Below, piece by piece: positions 54,402 to 64,000 of a DNA stretch of 64,000 nucleotides. How positions within the stretch are numbered: the first letter of the stretch is position 1; every line of letters begins with the position of its first letter. The notes beneath the pieces were generated by a model, which was not told where the DNA came from, did not search any database, and saw only the letters and a program-made list of their open reading frames with translations. The position numbers and the translations under genes were made by a program. This stretch comes from a virus, in IMG/VR virus record IMGVR_UViG_3300049489_001113, positions 1 to 64,000 of that record, one strand, 5' to 3'.

Positions 54402-55271
54402 TCACAGTATCACGGGGCGGTCGATGTCCTCACGCCCAGCCTGGGTCCGGCGGGCGATCGTCCGGGCACTGGCATCCAGCATGCCACCCAGGGACTTCGT
54501 CGGCGCCCAGACCCGCACCTTCTTCCCCGCGGCGGCGAGTTCCCGCAGGTCCTCGAGGTCCTCGAGTGCCGTGTTGTGCAACGCCACCTCGATCCCCCAC
54601 AGCAGGTTCGACAGTGCACCACCCTCCGGGTCTGGCAGCGCGCCCTCATCGAGGACCTGACAGAACACCACGTCGATCTCCTTCACAGTGTGGAGCCATC
54701 GCTCCGGGATCGTTGGGATCACATGTTTGTGTCCGCCGTCGACGAGTGCCTCACTCCCAAGCCCGCACCGGATGGGTGCCATGATCCCGCACATGGCTGA
54801 TGAAGCGAGGATGTGGTCATGCAGCTTCTGCACGGTATCCGAGTGTCTGCCGTGGATCGCGGTGATGTGCTTCCCCTCGTCGCGGATGACGATGCCGCAC
54901 CCGTAGACACACCGGAACTGTGTGGGGTCCACATGTTTCTCAAGAAGCGCACGCACTGGTTCGATCGAGAATAGCCCCTCCGGTCGCTCGGCGAACGGGA
55001 TGAGCGCCTTCCACCACAGGGGCTTCAGGAAACCGGGGATGCCGAGCCACGGGTCTTTCGTGTCGAGGTCATCCCAGAACCCCTCGAGCACGTCGAACTT
55101 GTCCTGCGCCGCGAGCGAGAGGTTGATCGACCCGACCGAGGTGCCGAGCATAGCGTCGTAGGCACCACGCTCGGTGAGTGCGCGCAGGATCGGTACCTGG
55201 TAGGCGCCCTTGAACGCACCGCCGCTGGCAATGAGGAGACGTTGGACATGGGGCTCGGTGTCCTCGATCAT
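54402..55271 (-). CDS. Patatin-like phospholipase
   Basis: SGGAFKGAYQ, GTSVG, ASSA, VDGG. Confidence 0.9.
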   Translation of the reverse strand: MIEDTEPHVQRLLIASGGAFKGAYQVPILRALTERGAYDAMLGTSVGSINLSLAAQDKFDVLEGFWDDLDTKDPWLGIPGFLKPLWWKALIPFAERPEGLFSIEPVRALLEKHVDPTQFRCVYGCGIVIRDEGKHITAIHGRHSDTVQKLHDHILASSAMCGIMAPIRCGLGSEALVDGGHKHVIPTIPERWLHTVKEIDVVFCQVLDEGALPDPEGGALSNLLWGIEVALHNTALEDLEDLRELAAAGKKVRVWAPTKSLGGMLDASARTIARRTQAGREDIDRPVIL

Positions 55272-55582
55272 GCTTCCTCCTCACCGGCCTTCGAGCCTGG
55301 CTGTTCGACCGGGCGCATGGTCACCGGATCAATGAGTCCTTTCGCCGGATCACCGTCACGCCACGGCTTTGCGACATTCGGGGTGCGCCCCAGATCCGTA
55401 GCCTTCTGGCCGTTCACGATGATCTTGTCCTGCGTCAAGTCCTTGGGGATCGGCATCGGTTTCTCCTCATAGAAGTGCCAGTAGGCCCCGAAGAGGTATG
55501 GGTCCATGCACCTGTGAGAGCCGGGGTGGCCATCCTTCTCGTAGCACTGGCCACCAAGGGGGTGCTCCACCTTGCATCTCAT
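55268..55582 (-). CDS. Hypothetical protein
   Basis: C..C...GH.G.H; ATGA overlaps. Confidence 0.55.
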   Translation of the reverse strand: MRCKVEHPLGGQCYEKDGHPGSHRCMDPYLFGAYWHFYEEKPMPIPKDLTQDKIIVNGQKATDLGRTPNVAKPWRDGDPAKGLIDPVTMRPVEQPGSKAGEEEA

Positions 55583-56307
55583 TTCGTCGCCATGATGAGC
55601 GACGCCTTCATCGTGAAGTCGCCCGTCGTGTTCGCGTTGTACATGACCACCCGGAAGTAGTAGCCCCCTGGCACCGGCTTGGAACCACCCGGCTGAATCA
55701 GCACCGGGATGATCGGCGAGCCCTCGGGGTGGTAGATCCACTCGTCCTTGAGGAAAGGCTTCCGCAGGGGCAGCACGTCGCCCTCGTCGAAGGGAGTCGT
55801 GCCGTCGAGCACCGCTGTGGCTCCCGAGGTCTGGCCCGTGATCGTCTCGCCAGCCGTGAAGGCATGGTCGTTGCCGCTGGAGTCCTCGACGAAGAACCGC
55901 ACGTCGAGCGATGAGGCCCCGACGGCGAGTACCTTCGTCTTGGCTCCCGATGTCCCGCCTACCACGTACTCGCCCACCTGGAACGTGCCGGTGATGCTCG
56001 TAAGTCCAGGGAGCTTCGAGGTCACAAACCCGATGTAGGGAAACACACCCGAGTTGTTGTCGCGGTCCACCATAAGGAACTGGACGACAGAGCCCCGGTC
56101 AGCCTTCGTCCAGATTTCATAGGCGCCACCCGCCATGAAGCAGATGTTCTCCGGCCCCACGAGATCGCCGCCGATCCAGATGTCGCGCACGAACAGCGTC
56201 TCGGGCGGGCAGTCGATCAACCACGTCGCACGAATGTCCTCGGCCTCCTCGGGGTAGTTGAGGAGGGTCCAGACCGGGAATCCGAAAGCAGTCTTTGGAA
56301 CGGCCAT
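55579..56307 (-). CDS. Putative structural protein
   Basis: Repeated F..GE.(V/I).G.TSGA motif. Confidence 0.65.
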   Translation of the reverse strand: MAVPKTAFGFPVWTLLNYPEEAEDIRATWLIDCPPETLFVRDIWIGGDLVGPENICFMAGGAYEIWTKADRGSVVQFLMVDRDNNSGVFPYIGFVTSKLPGLTSITGTFQVGEYVVGGTSGAKTKVLAVGASSLDVRFFVEDSSGNDHAFTAGETITGQTSGATAVLDGTTPFDEGDVLPLRKPFLKDEWIYHPEGSPIIPVLIQPGGSKPVPGGYYFRVVMYNANTTGDFTMKASLIMATK

Positions 56308-57353
56308 TAGATGTTCGCCTGCGTGAACACGAAGATGACATCGAATGAGCCAGCGGTCGAGGCTGTGATCTGCTTGAGATGGATGCCCTGACCTGGTCGG
56401 ATGGTGAAAGGCTTGAGCACCGCGTCGCGTTTCGCGCGTGCGGGCAGGTAGTTCGCGATGCTCTGCTGCTGGCTCTCCACGTCCGCCGTACCCGTGCCCC
56501 ACTCGTCGCTGGAGATCCGCATGATGTCGAGAGGCACCGTCTCCTCAGTGCCACCCAGCGTGCCGCCTGTCCTCACGTCGATGCCAGCGCCCAACGTGTC
56601 GTTCGTGTCGTGGAGGGCGGGGGTGATCGCTGTGCCCGCAGTAGGCGCTGTGGTGTGCGCCCACCGGAGGAGTTGGAACTGTGCAACCACACCTGTCACG
56701 GCGGTGGTCTGCGCGTTGCGGATGTAGACCTCGCGCAGCTTGAGGATCTTCGTGCTGGCGGTGGGGTTGTAGATCGACAGCATCGACTTGTTCGTGCCGA
56801 TGGCCGTCACGAGCGACGTGGCGGTGAAGGTCGCCTCCTCGCTCGCCTGCTGGGTCACAGGCACGGCAGGCTGGTCGCTTGCCAGGGTCGTCGGCACCGA
56901 GTTCGCCATCGTCTTCTGGCCGACGGTCGGTGCCGTCGAGCCGAGCCACGCGCCGATGTTGCTGTCGAGGCGGCCTCCGACGAGCGCAGTCGGAAGGCGC
57001 GTGAGGAGCTGCTTGAGGCGACCGATCACGGTGAGCGCGGTGTCGGCGTCCGCCGTGGACCCTATGCTCGCGCTGTGCCCGTCCGCCTGCGACCCGACCG
57101 CGTTCGTGGTCCCGCCGATCACGTTGGTGCCCGTGGGGAGTGGGTCGGTGATCTTCTTGATGCCGTCCGTGTCCTTGATGGCGGCGAGCGTGGCCTCGGT
57201 TGCCGCCCCCGCCGGCAGCGGCAGGGACGACGCGCTCACTGGTTGGGTGGTCGTGCCCGTCGGATCCACGCGCAACGGATCCGTGCCGGTCCCCACTTCG
57301 GTGCCATCGCTCTTGCGGAGCGTGACATCGCCCTCGACGACGACGAAACTCAC
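56307..57353 (-). CDS. Putative fibre/structural protein
   Basis: TQPVSASSLPLPAGAATEATL; Thr-rich. Confidence 0.7.
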   Translation of the reverse strand: MSFVVVEGDVTLRKSDGTEVGTGTDPLRVDPTGTTTQPVSASSLPLPAGAATEATLAAIKDTDGIKKITDPLPTGTNVIGGTTNAVGSQADGHSASIGSTADADTALTVIGRLKQLLTRLPTALVGGRLDSNIGAWLGSTAPTVGQKTMANSVPTTLASDQPAVPVTQQASEEATFTATSLVTAIGTNKSMLSIYNPTASTKILKLREVYIRNAQTTAVTGVVAQFQLLRWAHTTAPTAGTAITPALHDTNDTLGAGIDVRTGGTLGGTEETVPLDIMRISSDEWGTGTADVESQQQSIANYLPARAKRDAVLKPFTIRPGQGIHLKQITASTAGSFDVIFVFTQANI

Positions 57354-57808
57354 GACTGCACCGCGTCGATGCTCGCAACCTGCCCGCTGCTACGGGTCAC
57401 CGTCCTCGTGATCGTCTGGTTCGCGATCAACACGCCGGCAGCGTCGTACTGCTTGGTGACGATGGTATCCACCTGGCCGCCGCTCCTCGTGATGTTGGTC
57501 TCACGCACCTTCTTCAGCTTCGCCGACGTCTCCCACACGATGATGTCGGTGACGCGCCCGAGGGATCGTACCACCTCCGTCCAGCATGTCTCGGCGATCT
57601 CGTGTACGAGCGTGTCGAGGTTCTCGTGCTGCCCCTCGGTGAGCCCGGACCCGCCCGACCGGGGGTTGAACGGCCCGGTGGCGTCCCGCATCTGAAAGGA
57701 CGAGCCATCGTAGGCCAACTCTCCCGGGTTCTCCGCGGAGGCGGCGTCCTCGAAGATGATCTTCGTCTCGCGACGAGGACCATCACTTCGGTCAGGTGTT
57801 CTTCCCAC
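57350..57808 (-). CDS. Putative structural protein
   Basis: GTG start likely; ITRSGGQV/VTRSSGQV. Confidence 0.6.
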   Translation of the reverse strand: MGRTPDRSDGPRRETKIIFEDAASAENPGELAYDGSSFQMRDATGPFNPRSGGSGLTEGQHENLDTLVHEIAETCWTEVVRSLGRVTDIIVWETSAKLKKVRETNITRSGGQVDTIVTKQYDAAGVLIANQTITRTVTRSSGQVASIDAVQS

Positions 57809-58310
57809 GCGGCCTCTTGCTCGCCTTCTTCGTCTCCGCGAGGCGTTGAGCTTTGAGGGTGGGGCCGGGGTGCTTCCCCGCACCGTTGACCGGCCCCTCG
57901 GCGGAAGGGGCAGCAGCTTGCTCGCCGGTGCGCATCTGGATGGCCAGCGTCTTCTCGTGGTCGTGGTACTTCTTCACGTTCCCGACAGCGAGGCGCACAC
58001 CCGCGGCCTTGCCTTCGGCCTGGAGCTGGGACACCTCGGCCCGGACGGCGAGGTTCTCGATGATGCCGACGTCGCGGGCGAGGTACCTGCGGATGCGGTC
58101 GGCATCCTCGAGCGAGAGCTTGCCCTCGTCGATGTCCTTGTCGATGTGCTCCTTGTGGTACTGGTTGAGCGCCACGACAGCCTGCCGCAGCCCTTCCTTG
58201 GCGCCGCGATACTGCTGCGCCTCGACCAGAACAGCCTCGAGCATGTCGTCGAGGCCGACCCCGAGTTCGTGGGCCACCAGCGCCTTGATTTCCGCCTTCT
58301 CGCTACCCAT
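57792..58310 (-). CDS. Hypothetical helical protein
   Basis: GGAGG RBS. Confidence 0.65.
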   Translation of the reverse strand: MGSEKAEIKALVAHELGVGLDDMLEAVLVEAQQYRGAKEGLRQAVVALNQYHKEHIDKDIDEGKLSLEDADRIRRYLARDVGIIENLAVRAEVSQLQAEGKAAGVRLAVGNVKKYHDHEKTLAIQMRTGEQAAAPSAEGPVNGAGKHPGPTLKAQRLAETKKASKRPRGKNT

Positions 58311-58335
58311 GCGGGCCTCCGTCAGGCGTCAGGTA

Positions 58336-60249
58336 CTACGGCTCGCCCCACACGACCATCGTGATGACGTCGGGGCTGCCGCCCGCCTTGAGGGCGTACT
58401 CGAACTTGAGGTGCCCACTCGCCGGCGTGGTACCGGGGTACACGTCGTGGTTGGCCGACGCGTCCGCGCCGTTCCGCTGGAGTACGCCGTTCACGTACAC
58501 ATCGACGTCGTCCACGAAGGACGCGACGTGGTCGTAGGCGGGGAGGACGGCGTCGATGTTGGTCGGGTTCTCGACGTTGGTGTCGGCGGGGATGGCGTTC
58601 GTGACCACCGCGACACCCTTGGTGCGGTTCTCCTTCTTCTTCGCCTGCACGATGGCGCTGAGGAGCGAGACCTCACCGAAGGCGGTCTCGTAGGCGTCCC
58701 ACTCGGCGGAGGTGTCCGACAGCTTGAGCTGGCCCGAGTAGGTCGATCCCGCCTTGTTCCCGTCGACGAACGCGAACTCGGCGAACGCGGTGAGCCCGAG
58801 GTCACCGGCGGTGGTCTCGATCACTCCGTCCGTGGAACCGACCCGGATGGGGCGGGTGCCGGCCGTGTTGACACGCACGCCGGTGCGGAAGTCGTTCACG
58901 ACCGCGTCGACGTTGAAGGTGTCCACGTCGGTACCGAGGTGGACCTCGCTCGTCCCGCCCGCGCTGCCCTCGACGACACGGAAGAGGTTGGCCTCGAGGT
59001 CGTCGCGAATGGCCCACACGAGCCCGGCACCCTCGAGATCGAGGGTGGCATTCGTGAGCAGGTTGACCGGCGTGGTGCCTTGATTGTCGTAGGCGACCTG
59101 CCGAGTGACCACAGCCGAGGACGGTGCGTCGACCACGGCGCCGGACAGGAAGTCGCGCCGGGTCAGGTCCTCGAGTCGGACCTGTTCGCGGGTCGCGTAG
59201 TTGATGGTCTTCCCGCCGATGTCGGCGGCAGGCACGGCCTCGAGGTCGTCGCCGGTCGAGTTCTGGCGCACGAACGAGATCTGGGCTCGGGTGGTCGTCG
59301 TGTCGGTGATGGTCGCACCGTCGACCACACCCGACTCACCCTGGAGCAGACCGTAGACGATGCGCCCGCCCGAGAGGATCTCGTCGCGCGTGGACCCGTC
59401 CACGATCAGCATCAGGTTGTCGGGGGACAGCGCGTTGGAGCCGGCCACCTCGGACAGCGCGTGCGTGCCGAAGGTGCCGCCGTGCGAAGCAACGATGGTG
59501 CCGAGCGTGTTGGTGATGCCGACGGACGCGGTGGTGTTCGCGGGTAGCTCACCGGCCGCGAGGACCTTCACGTCGCCCGCGCCGCCGGAGAGGGTCGCGC
59601 CACCCCAGGACAGGTTCGCGCCCGTCTCGGTCGTGGCGATGACGTTCCCGGCGGTGCCCGAGAGGATGGCCGTGACGACCACGGTGGTCGGGCTCTCGAC
59701 GGCCGTGACCTGCGTGTTGACGGGGGTGCCGGTGCCGTAGTTGGTGCCGGCCACGCCGTCGCCGTTGATCGCGCGGCGCAGGTTCTCGAGCGCCTGGGCG
59801 GTGGTGCCCGAGGCGTCGATGTTCCCGGACGCGTTCACGAACGGGCTCCGGAAGGTGTAGGTCTGCGCCCCGATGGTGACGGTCTCGCCATCCGAGATGG
59901 CGCCCGTCGAGGTCAGGGTCCCGACGGCAGCGGCGGCAGCAGGGACCGCGATGTCGGTGAGCTTGTGCACCTGCCGCAAGATGCGCTTCTTCTCGATGAG
60001 GTGCAGCGCGTCGTTCAGGGCACGGATGCCACGCTTGGTGCCTGTCTCGAGCGTGCTCGGGATGTTGATGTCGGCGTACCAGTCGCCGGCGACGTCCGCG
60101 TACAGGGCGCGCTTCGCCTGGGAGCGCAGAGCGTTGAGGTCACCCTCGATCGTCGTCTGCGTCTCGAGCGTGGCCCCGACGGAGAGCGTGTCGTCGTACA
60201 GGTCCGAGTTTCGGATCTGGGTGTCCTGCCGGACGAAGGTGCGACTCAT
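58336..60249 (-). CDS. Large putative virion structural protein
   Basis: 637 aa, Thr/Gly-rich; DGETVTIG..TYTF...TLSGG domain; VYVNGVLQ..G..NHDVY. Confidence 0.75.
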   Translation of the reverse strand: MSRTFVRQDTQIRNSDLYDDTLSVGATLETQTTIEGDLNALRSQAKRALYADVAGDWYADINIPSTLETGTKRGIRALNDALHLIEKKRILRQVHKLTDIAVPAAAAAVGTLTSTGAISDGETVTIGAQTYTFRSPFVNASGNIDASGTTAQALENLRRAINGDGVAGTNYGTGTPVNTQVTAVESPTTVVVTAILSGTAGNVIATTETGANLSWGGATLSGGAGDVKVLAAGELPANTTASVGITNTLGTIVASHGGTFGTHALSEVAGSNALSPDNLMLIVDGSTRDEILSGGRIVYGLLQGESGVVDGATITDTTTTRAQISFVRQNSTGDDLEAVPAADIGGKTINYATREQVRLEDLTRRDFLSGAVVDAPSSAVVTRQVAYDNQGTTPVNLLTNATLDLEGAGLVWAIRDDLEANLFRVVEGSAGGTSEVHLGTDVDTFNVDAVVNDFRTGVRVNTAGTRPIRVGSTDGVIETTAGDLGLTAFAEFAFVDGNKAGSTYSGQLKLSDTSAEWDAYETAFGEVSLLSAIVQAKKKENRTKGVAVVTNAIPADTNVENPTNIDAVLPAYDHVASFVDDVDVYVNGVLQRNGADASANHDVYPGTTPASGHLKFEYALKAGGSPDVITMVVWGEP

Positions 60250-60262
60250 GTTCTCTCCTCGT

Positions 60263-60715
60263 TCACGCTTGGTAGTAGGTCAACCAGAGCTTGTCGCCCG
60301 GCTTCGGCACGAAGCTGGTGGTGATTGTATCGAACCCGGTGCCGATCCCACCAGATTCGCTCACGACGTAGTCGTCGCCGGCGCCCTCGTCCTGCTCGAC
60401 ACCGTTGTAGGAAAGGACCTCGTCGTGCAGTCCGTCGTGGAGGAACTTCGTCGGGGAGACGAACACCGTGTTCACCCCGTCGATGGCGCCGACGAGGGGC
60501 TGACGGACACGTGGGAGGTACCCGATCGATGGCGGGACGGTGGACACCTCGACCACGACCGTCTGGACGGTGTCGACGAAGATCTCCGTGACGGGCGCGT
60601 CGATCACCGCCTCGATCACCGGTGACTCGAGCGCAACCTCGACCGGAGATAGGCCGATCTGCGCTTCCACGAGTCCCGTCGGGGTGACCAGGACCTGGAC
60701 CTGGCAATCGGCCAT
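60263..60715 (-). CDS. Putative structural protein
   Basis: GAIDGVNTVF...NGVEQ..G.DY...P..GD.L...Y. Confidence 0.65.
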   Translation of the reverse strand: MADCQVQVLVTPTGLVEAQIGLSPVEVALESPVIEAVIDAPVTEIFVDTVQTVVVEVSTVPPSIGYLPRVRQPLVGAIDGVNTVFVSPTKFLHDGLHDEVLSYNGVEQDEGAGDDYVVSESGGIGTGFDTITTSFVPKPGDKLWLTYYQA

Positions 60716-60723
60716 GGTCTACC

Positions 60724-61107
60724 TCACGAGTGAGTCACGCCGTCGGACACCTCTACCTGGCCCTCGAGCAAGCGGTCCACCTGCCCCGAACCGTGTGTAG
60801 CGAGAAGGTCGTAGACTCCGAGTTTCTTCTCGAGGGTGGCGGTCTCCGCGGCCGTGAGGAGGATCTGGATCTGACCCTGCGTCAGGTCCACCGAGACGAT
60901 GCGCCCGTTTCCGGTCGTGAGTTCCATCAACACGGCGGGGAGCTGCTTGTTCTCCCGGATCTGCATCTTGAAGGTGGCGCCCGTGAAGTCGATGGGGTCC
61001 TGCGGCGGCGCCTTCTGCTTGAACTGCAGGGGGACGGAGAAGGTCGCGTACCTCTCGATCTGGAGGTTCAGCTTCCCGGCCTTGGTGACGACTGTGGAGG
61101 TGCTCAT
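60724..61107 (-). CDS. Baseplate-associated Ig-like (BppU-like) protein
   Basis: PIDFTG....MQIR...LTAAETA..GVYDL...RLLEG.V.V...VT. Confidence 0.7.
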   Translation of the reverse strand: MSTSTVVTKAGKLNLQIERYATFSVPLQFKQKAPPQDPIDFTGATFKMQIRENKQLPAVLMELTTGNGRIVSVDLTQGQIQILLTAAETATLEKKLGVYDLLATHGSGQVDRLLEGQVEVSDGVTHS

Positions 61108-61113
61108 GCGACC

Positions 61114-62931
61114 CTACTTGATCCCGCCGGACAGCCCGGTCACCGAGATGTCCGCGTCATCCAACGTGGTGATCTCGTACTCCCCGACCTGCACATGTGT
61201 CACGACGGCACCCGATCCCACCGTGATGCGGTACCGGTTGCCGGCGTAGTTGGGGATCGCCCCCGCCGTGGCGAGGAGACGCAGGTTCCCGAGGTCGTTG
61301 GTCCACGTGGTTCCGACCGTGCCGAGGCTCGACTGATCACCGGTGGAGGCGCCGCGCACCCTGTACTGGGTCGGCGAGATGAACTCGACCTCGAGGACCT
61401 CCTGCAACGTCGGTTGGACGTCGGAGGTGAGTACGAACTGCTCGTGGTCGGTGTCGTCCGTGGTCGTGACGATCCACGTCGTGTCCGGCGTGTTGACGAC
61501 GAGGAACGGGTCGGGGTTCCGCAGCACGGCGGTGGGCTGCCTGCGGAACAGCGAGAACCGAACCTTGTTCACCCCGGCGAGGGACTCAAGTGCCCCCATC
61601 ACGTCGGAGAGCACAAGGTCCTCCCCCATCCGCGCGTTCTCAACGAGGTCGAGGATCGCCTGCCGAGCATCCACCTCGGTGTCGGCCTGGAAGAACCCGG
61701 CGTTGACGTCGATGGAGAAGGCCATCTCGAGGGGCACCTCGGAGGGCGGCCGCACCACGAGACGCGTGGGCGCGGCCTTCCTGACCACGAGGTACGAGCC
61801 GACCTGCCCGATGAGCCCGGTGCCCGTCTCGAGGATCGGATCCCACGTACCGGAGGCGATGGGGTTCGAGCCGGTGGCCGCCACGTAGACGACCTCCTCG
61901 AAGGGGCCCACTCCGTAGGTGGCCTTGGCCTGCGCCACTCCGGCGACCCCAGCCACGGCCAGCGCCTCGTAGTCGGCGTGGGTGACGGCACGGTCGAGCG
62001 CCTTCAGTGAGGCAGGGATGTTCGTCCGCGCCTCGTCGATTGACTCCTTGTCGCTCCCGCCCTGCGGCGTGTTGTTCCCGTTCGTGACGGAGGACACGAA
62101 CGCGAGGGTGTCGAGCAGCTTCGTGATTTGCCCCTTGCCGACGGAGTTACCGAACTCGCCGCCGCCCACGCGGTAGCTGGCCTTCACGTTGTTCGAGCCA
62201 CCGGCCGCGACACGGCCGTCTACGCCGTTACCGAATCGAACGGTCACCCGGTCGTCCTCGTCGATGCGCACCGTGTAGTGCCGGTCGAGGGGCTCGGAGT
62301 CGAGGAAGTTGGGGACCTCGGTGTAGAGCACGAACCCGGAGCCCTCGTCGACGTAGACGCGGAGCGAGGAGATCCCCGAGGGGTCATAGGACAAGGGCGT
62401 GCGATCGAGCTGGAACTCCTGGTCGGGCAGCGCGTTCCCCGAGCCCAGGATCTCGTCGGTGATCGACTGCCCCTCGATGCAGTCCACGGTCACCGTCCCC
62501 GGTCCGCCCACCGCCGTGGCCGTGGTCACCTCGTAGATGACCTGCTCCTCGCCGGTGAGCGTGGGATCGGTGGCGACCCTGGTGCCGGCCGGGATGGAGC
62601 CCGCGCCGGTGCACGTGAAGGACATCGAGACGATGGCGGATGTGGCCGGGCTCAGCTCGTAGCCGACGAGGCGACCGAGGTTGATGACGCTCCGCCGCTG
62701 CGTCGCGGTCGGCAGGTAGGTCTCGTTCGCGGCGCGGTCGATGTAGTAGCTGAGGTTGTCCCCGAGGTACGAGAACGCCTCGACGAGCACGACGCCGATG
62801 TCGGTCGGGTAGAAGTCCGTCCACTCGGGTGTGAGCGTGGGCGCCAGAGCGAGCAGGTCACTCCGGTACGACTCGTAGTCCCGACTCGAGTAGTCGATCG
62901 GGACGTTCACCCCTCCGAGAGACGTCGGCAA
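61114..62931 (-). CDS. Baseplate J-like wedge protein
   Basis: IDYSSRDYES, YYIDRAANETYL.TA, FGNG..G, GGSDKES, RAVT..DYE. Confidence 0.92.
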   Translation of the reverse strand: MPTSLGGVNVPIDYSSRDYESYRSDLLALAPTLTPEWTDFYPTDIGVVLVEAFSYLGDNLSYYIDRAANETYLPTATQRRSVINLGRLVGYELSPATSAIVSMSFTCTGAGSIPAGTRVATDPTLTGEEQVIYEVTTATAVGGPGTVTVDCIEGQSITDEILGSGNALPDQEFQLDRTPLSYDPSGISSLRVYVDEGSGFVLYTEVPNFLDSEPLDRHYTVRIDEDDRVTVRFGNGVDGRVAAGGSNNVKASYRVGGGEFGNSVGKGQITKLLDTLAFVSSVTNGNNTPQGGSDKESIDEARTNIPASLKALDRAVTHADYEALAVAGVAGVAQAKATYGVGPFEEVVYVAATGSNPIASGTWDPILETGTGLIGQVGSYLVVRKAAPTRLVVRPPSEVPLEMAFSIDVNAGFFQADTEVDARQAILDLVENARMGEDLVLSDVMGALESLAGVNKVRFSLFRRQPTAVLRNPDPFLVVNTPDTTWIVTTTDDTDHEQFVLTSDVQPTLQEVLEVEFISPTQYRVRGASTGDQSSLGTVGTTWTNDLGNLRLLATAGAIPNYAGNRYRITVGSGAVVTHVQVGEYEITTLDDADISVTGLSGGIK

Positions 62932-62939
62932 CGGTCACC

Positions 62940-63308
62940 TCAGAGGACGCGCTTGCGCGCACGGGTGGCCTCGCCCTTGCGCTCGTCGGGGGACATCGTG
63001 TCCGTACGGTCGGCGCCGCTGGTCGCGATCTTGTCCGTGGGGTGGTTGTTGACGTCCTGGCTGTTCGTGCCGCCGTAGTACCCGTCCCAGGACGGGCGCA
63101 CCGCCGCGGAGTTGGCGCTGGCCACGCCTCGCGCCATGGCCGGGTACAGGTCGGGTCGCGTGGCCTGGTTCTTCGTGGGGGGCAGTGCGGGCTGTTCCGG
63201 CGGCGGCGCCGGGTAGCCGGCATCCGCCATCTCCCTGCGGAACCGCTTGTCTTCCTCGGAGCCCTTCCTGTTGAAAGGAGCACTGAATTCACGTCGGATG
63301 ACCGGCAT
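62940..63308 (-). CDS. Hypothetical low-complexity protein
   Basis: GGAGG RBS. Confidence 0.55.
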   Translation of the reverse strand: MPVIRREFSAPFNRKGSEEDKRFRREMADAGYPAPPPEQPALPPTKNQATRPDLYPAMARGVASANSAAVRPSWDGYYGGTNSQDVNNHPTDKIATSGADRTDTMSPDERKGEATRARKRVL

Positions 63309-63318
63309 CGAACCTCCC

Positions 63319-63708
63319 TCAGACGTCGCCCCCGACCCGTAACTCGAAGGCTCCCTCGTGTTGCGTGTCCTTGACTCGGAACCAGATCTGCACGAACTGC
63401 GCGTTCCCGGTGGGGAGGCGCTTGGTGGTGATTGTGACACGCCGGACCAGAACGCGGGGCTCGAACTTCCCGATCGCGTCCTTGATGAGCGTCTCGAGGA
63501 GAACCTGCTGGGGGCCGCCGGTGTTGCGGAAGAGGCGCGAGAACCCCGCCGAACCCTTGTCCGGCTCCATCGGCAGCTCGCGCAGGCGGATGGTCATCAG
63601 CGACTTGAGGTTCGACACCAGCTTCTCGACGCCGTCGTCGCGCACGATGTGTCCGTTCGCACCGAAGCGGAACGGGAAGCTGATCCCCTTGACCTGACTG
63701 ACACCCAA
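63319..63708 (-). CDS. gpW/gp25-like baseplate wedge protein
   Basis: GISFPFRF, ELPMEPD.GS, AI.KFEPRV. Confidence 0.85.
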   Translation of the reverse strand: MGVSQVKGISFPFRFGANGHIVRDDGVEKLVSNLKSLMTIRLRELPMEPDKGSAGFSRLFRNTGGPQQVLLETLIKDAIGKFEPRVLVRRVTITTKRLPTGNAQFVQIWFRVKDTQHEGAFELRVGGDV

Positions 63709-63739
63709 AACGCCTCCCACATGGTGTATTTGTGATTCT

Positions 63740-64000
63740 ATGCTGAGCACGAACTCGTGGGCACTGCCTGTAGATCGCTTCTGGGCTGGGGTCGACAAGA
63801 ACGGACCGATAGTACCGGGCTTGACCACTCCGTGCTGGTTGTGGCTGGGAAGCAGGAAAGCGCACCCTCAGCAAGACTACGGATTCTTCCAGATCCAGAA
63901 CCGACGCGTGGGCGTACACCGCTTCTCGTGGGAATTGCACTTCGGTCCCATACCCGACGGGCCGCACTGTGTTTGCCACAAGTGCGACAACCCACCGTGC
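63740..64000 (+). CDS. HNH endonuclease (3' partial; absent from the ORF track)
   Basis: Translated by hand: RFWAGVDK...CWLWLG...YGFF...VHRFSWELHFGPIP...VCHKCDNPPC. Confidence 0.85.
   Translation, partial: MLSTNSWALPVDRFWAGVDKNGPIVPGLTTPCWLWLGSRKAHPQQDYGFFQIQNRRVGVHRFSWELHFGPIPDGPHCVCHKCDNPPC

Noticed and set aside
47730-63708. Bacterial eCIS/tailocin locus
   Set aside because: Contiguous with a full phage replication module and homing endonucleases, so a phage tail region is the simpler reading.

Overview
The window is a 64-kb internal segment of a large, high-GC, contractile-tailed (myovirus-type) dsDNA phage. No host housekeeping genes, integrase, rRNA, tRNA or CRISPR array were recognised. 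Layout: (i) 1-11.7 kb, + strand: small early/accessory genes, starting with a Ycf46-like AAA ATPase fractured by a naturally split intein with an inverted HNH gene between the halves; (ii) 11.7-28.5 kb, - strand: DNA metabolism and recombination (MT-A70 MTase, dCTP deaminase, PadR, TGT-like barrel, SpoVS, resolvases, Cas4-like exonuclease, RecA, SF2 helicase, PolA, SSB); (iii) 28.7-38.1 kb, + strand: a cassette of three repeated A-B-C modules. The A proteins share an Arg-rich N-terminal leader (two carry LamG domains), the five B proteins are divergent paralogues of about 350 aa, and the three C proteins are about 88 aa. This is the best candidate for an undescribed system; (iv) 38.1-47 kb, - strand: replication (second MT-A70 whose C-terminus was replaced by an HNH-AP2 insertion, primase, dNMP kinase, intein-containing ThyX, DnaB, degenerate DnaC, initiator with an internal iteron origin); (v) 47-64 kb, - strand: membrane proteins, patatin and tail/baseplate genes, ending in an HNH gene cut by the window edge. 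All family names come from motif recognition by eye; no searches were run.
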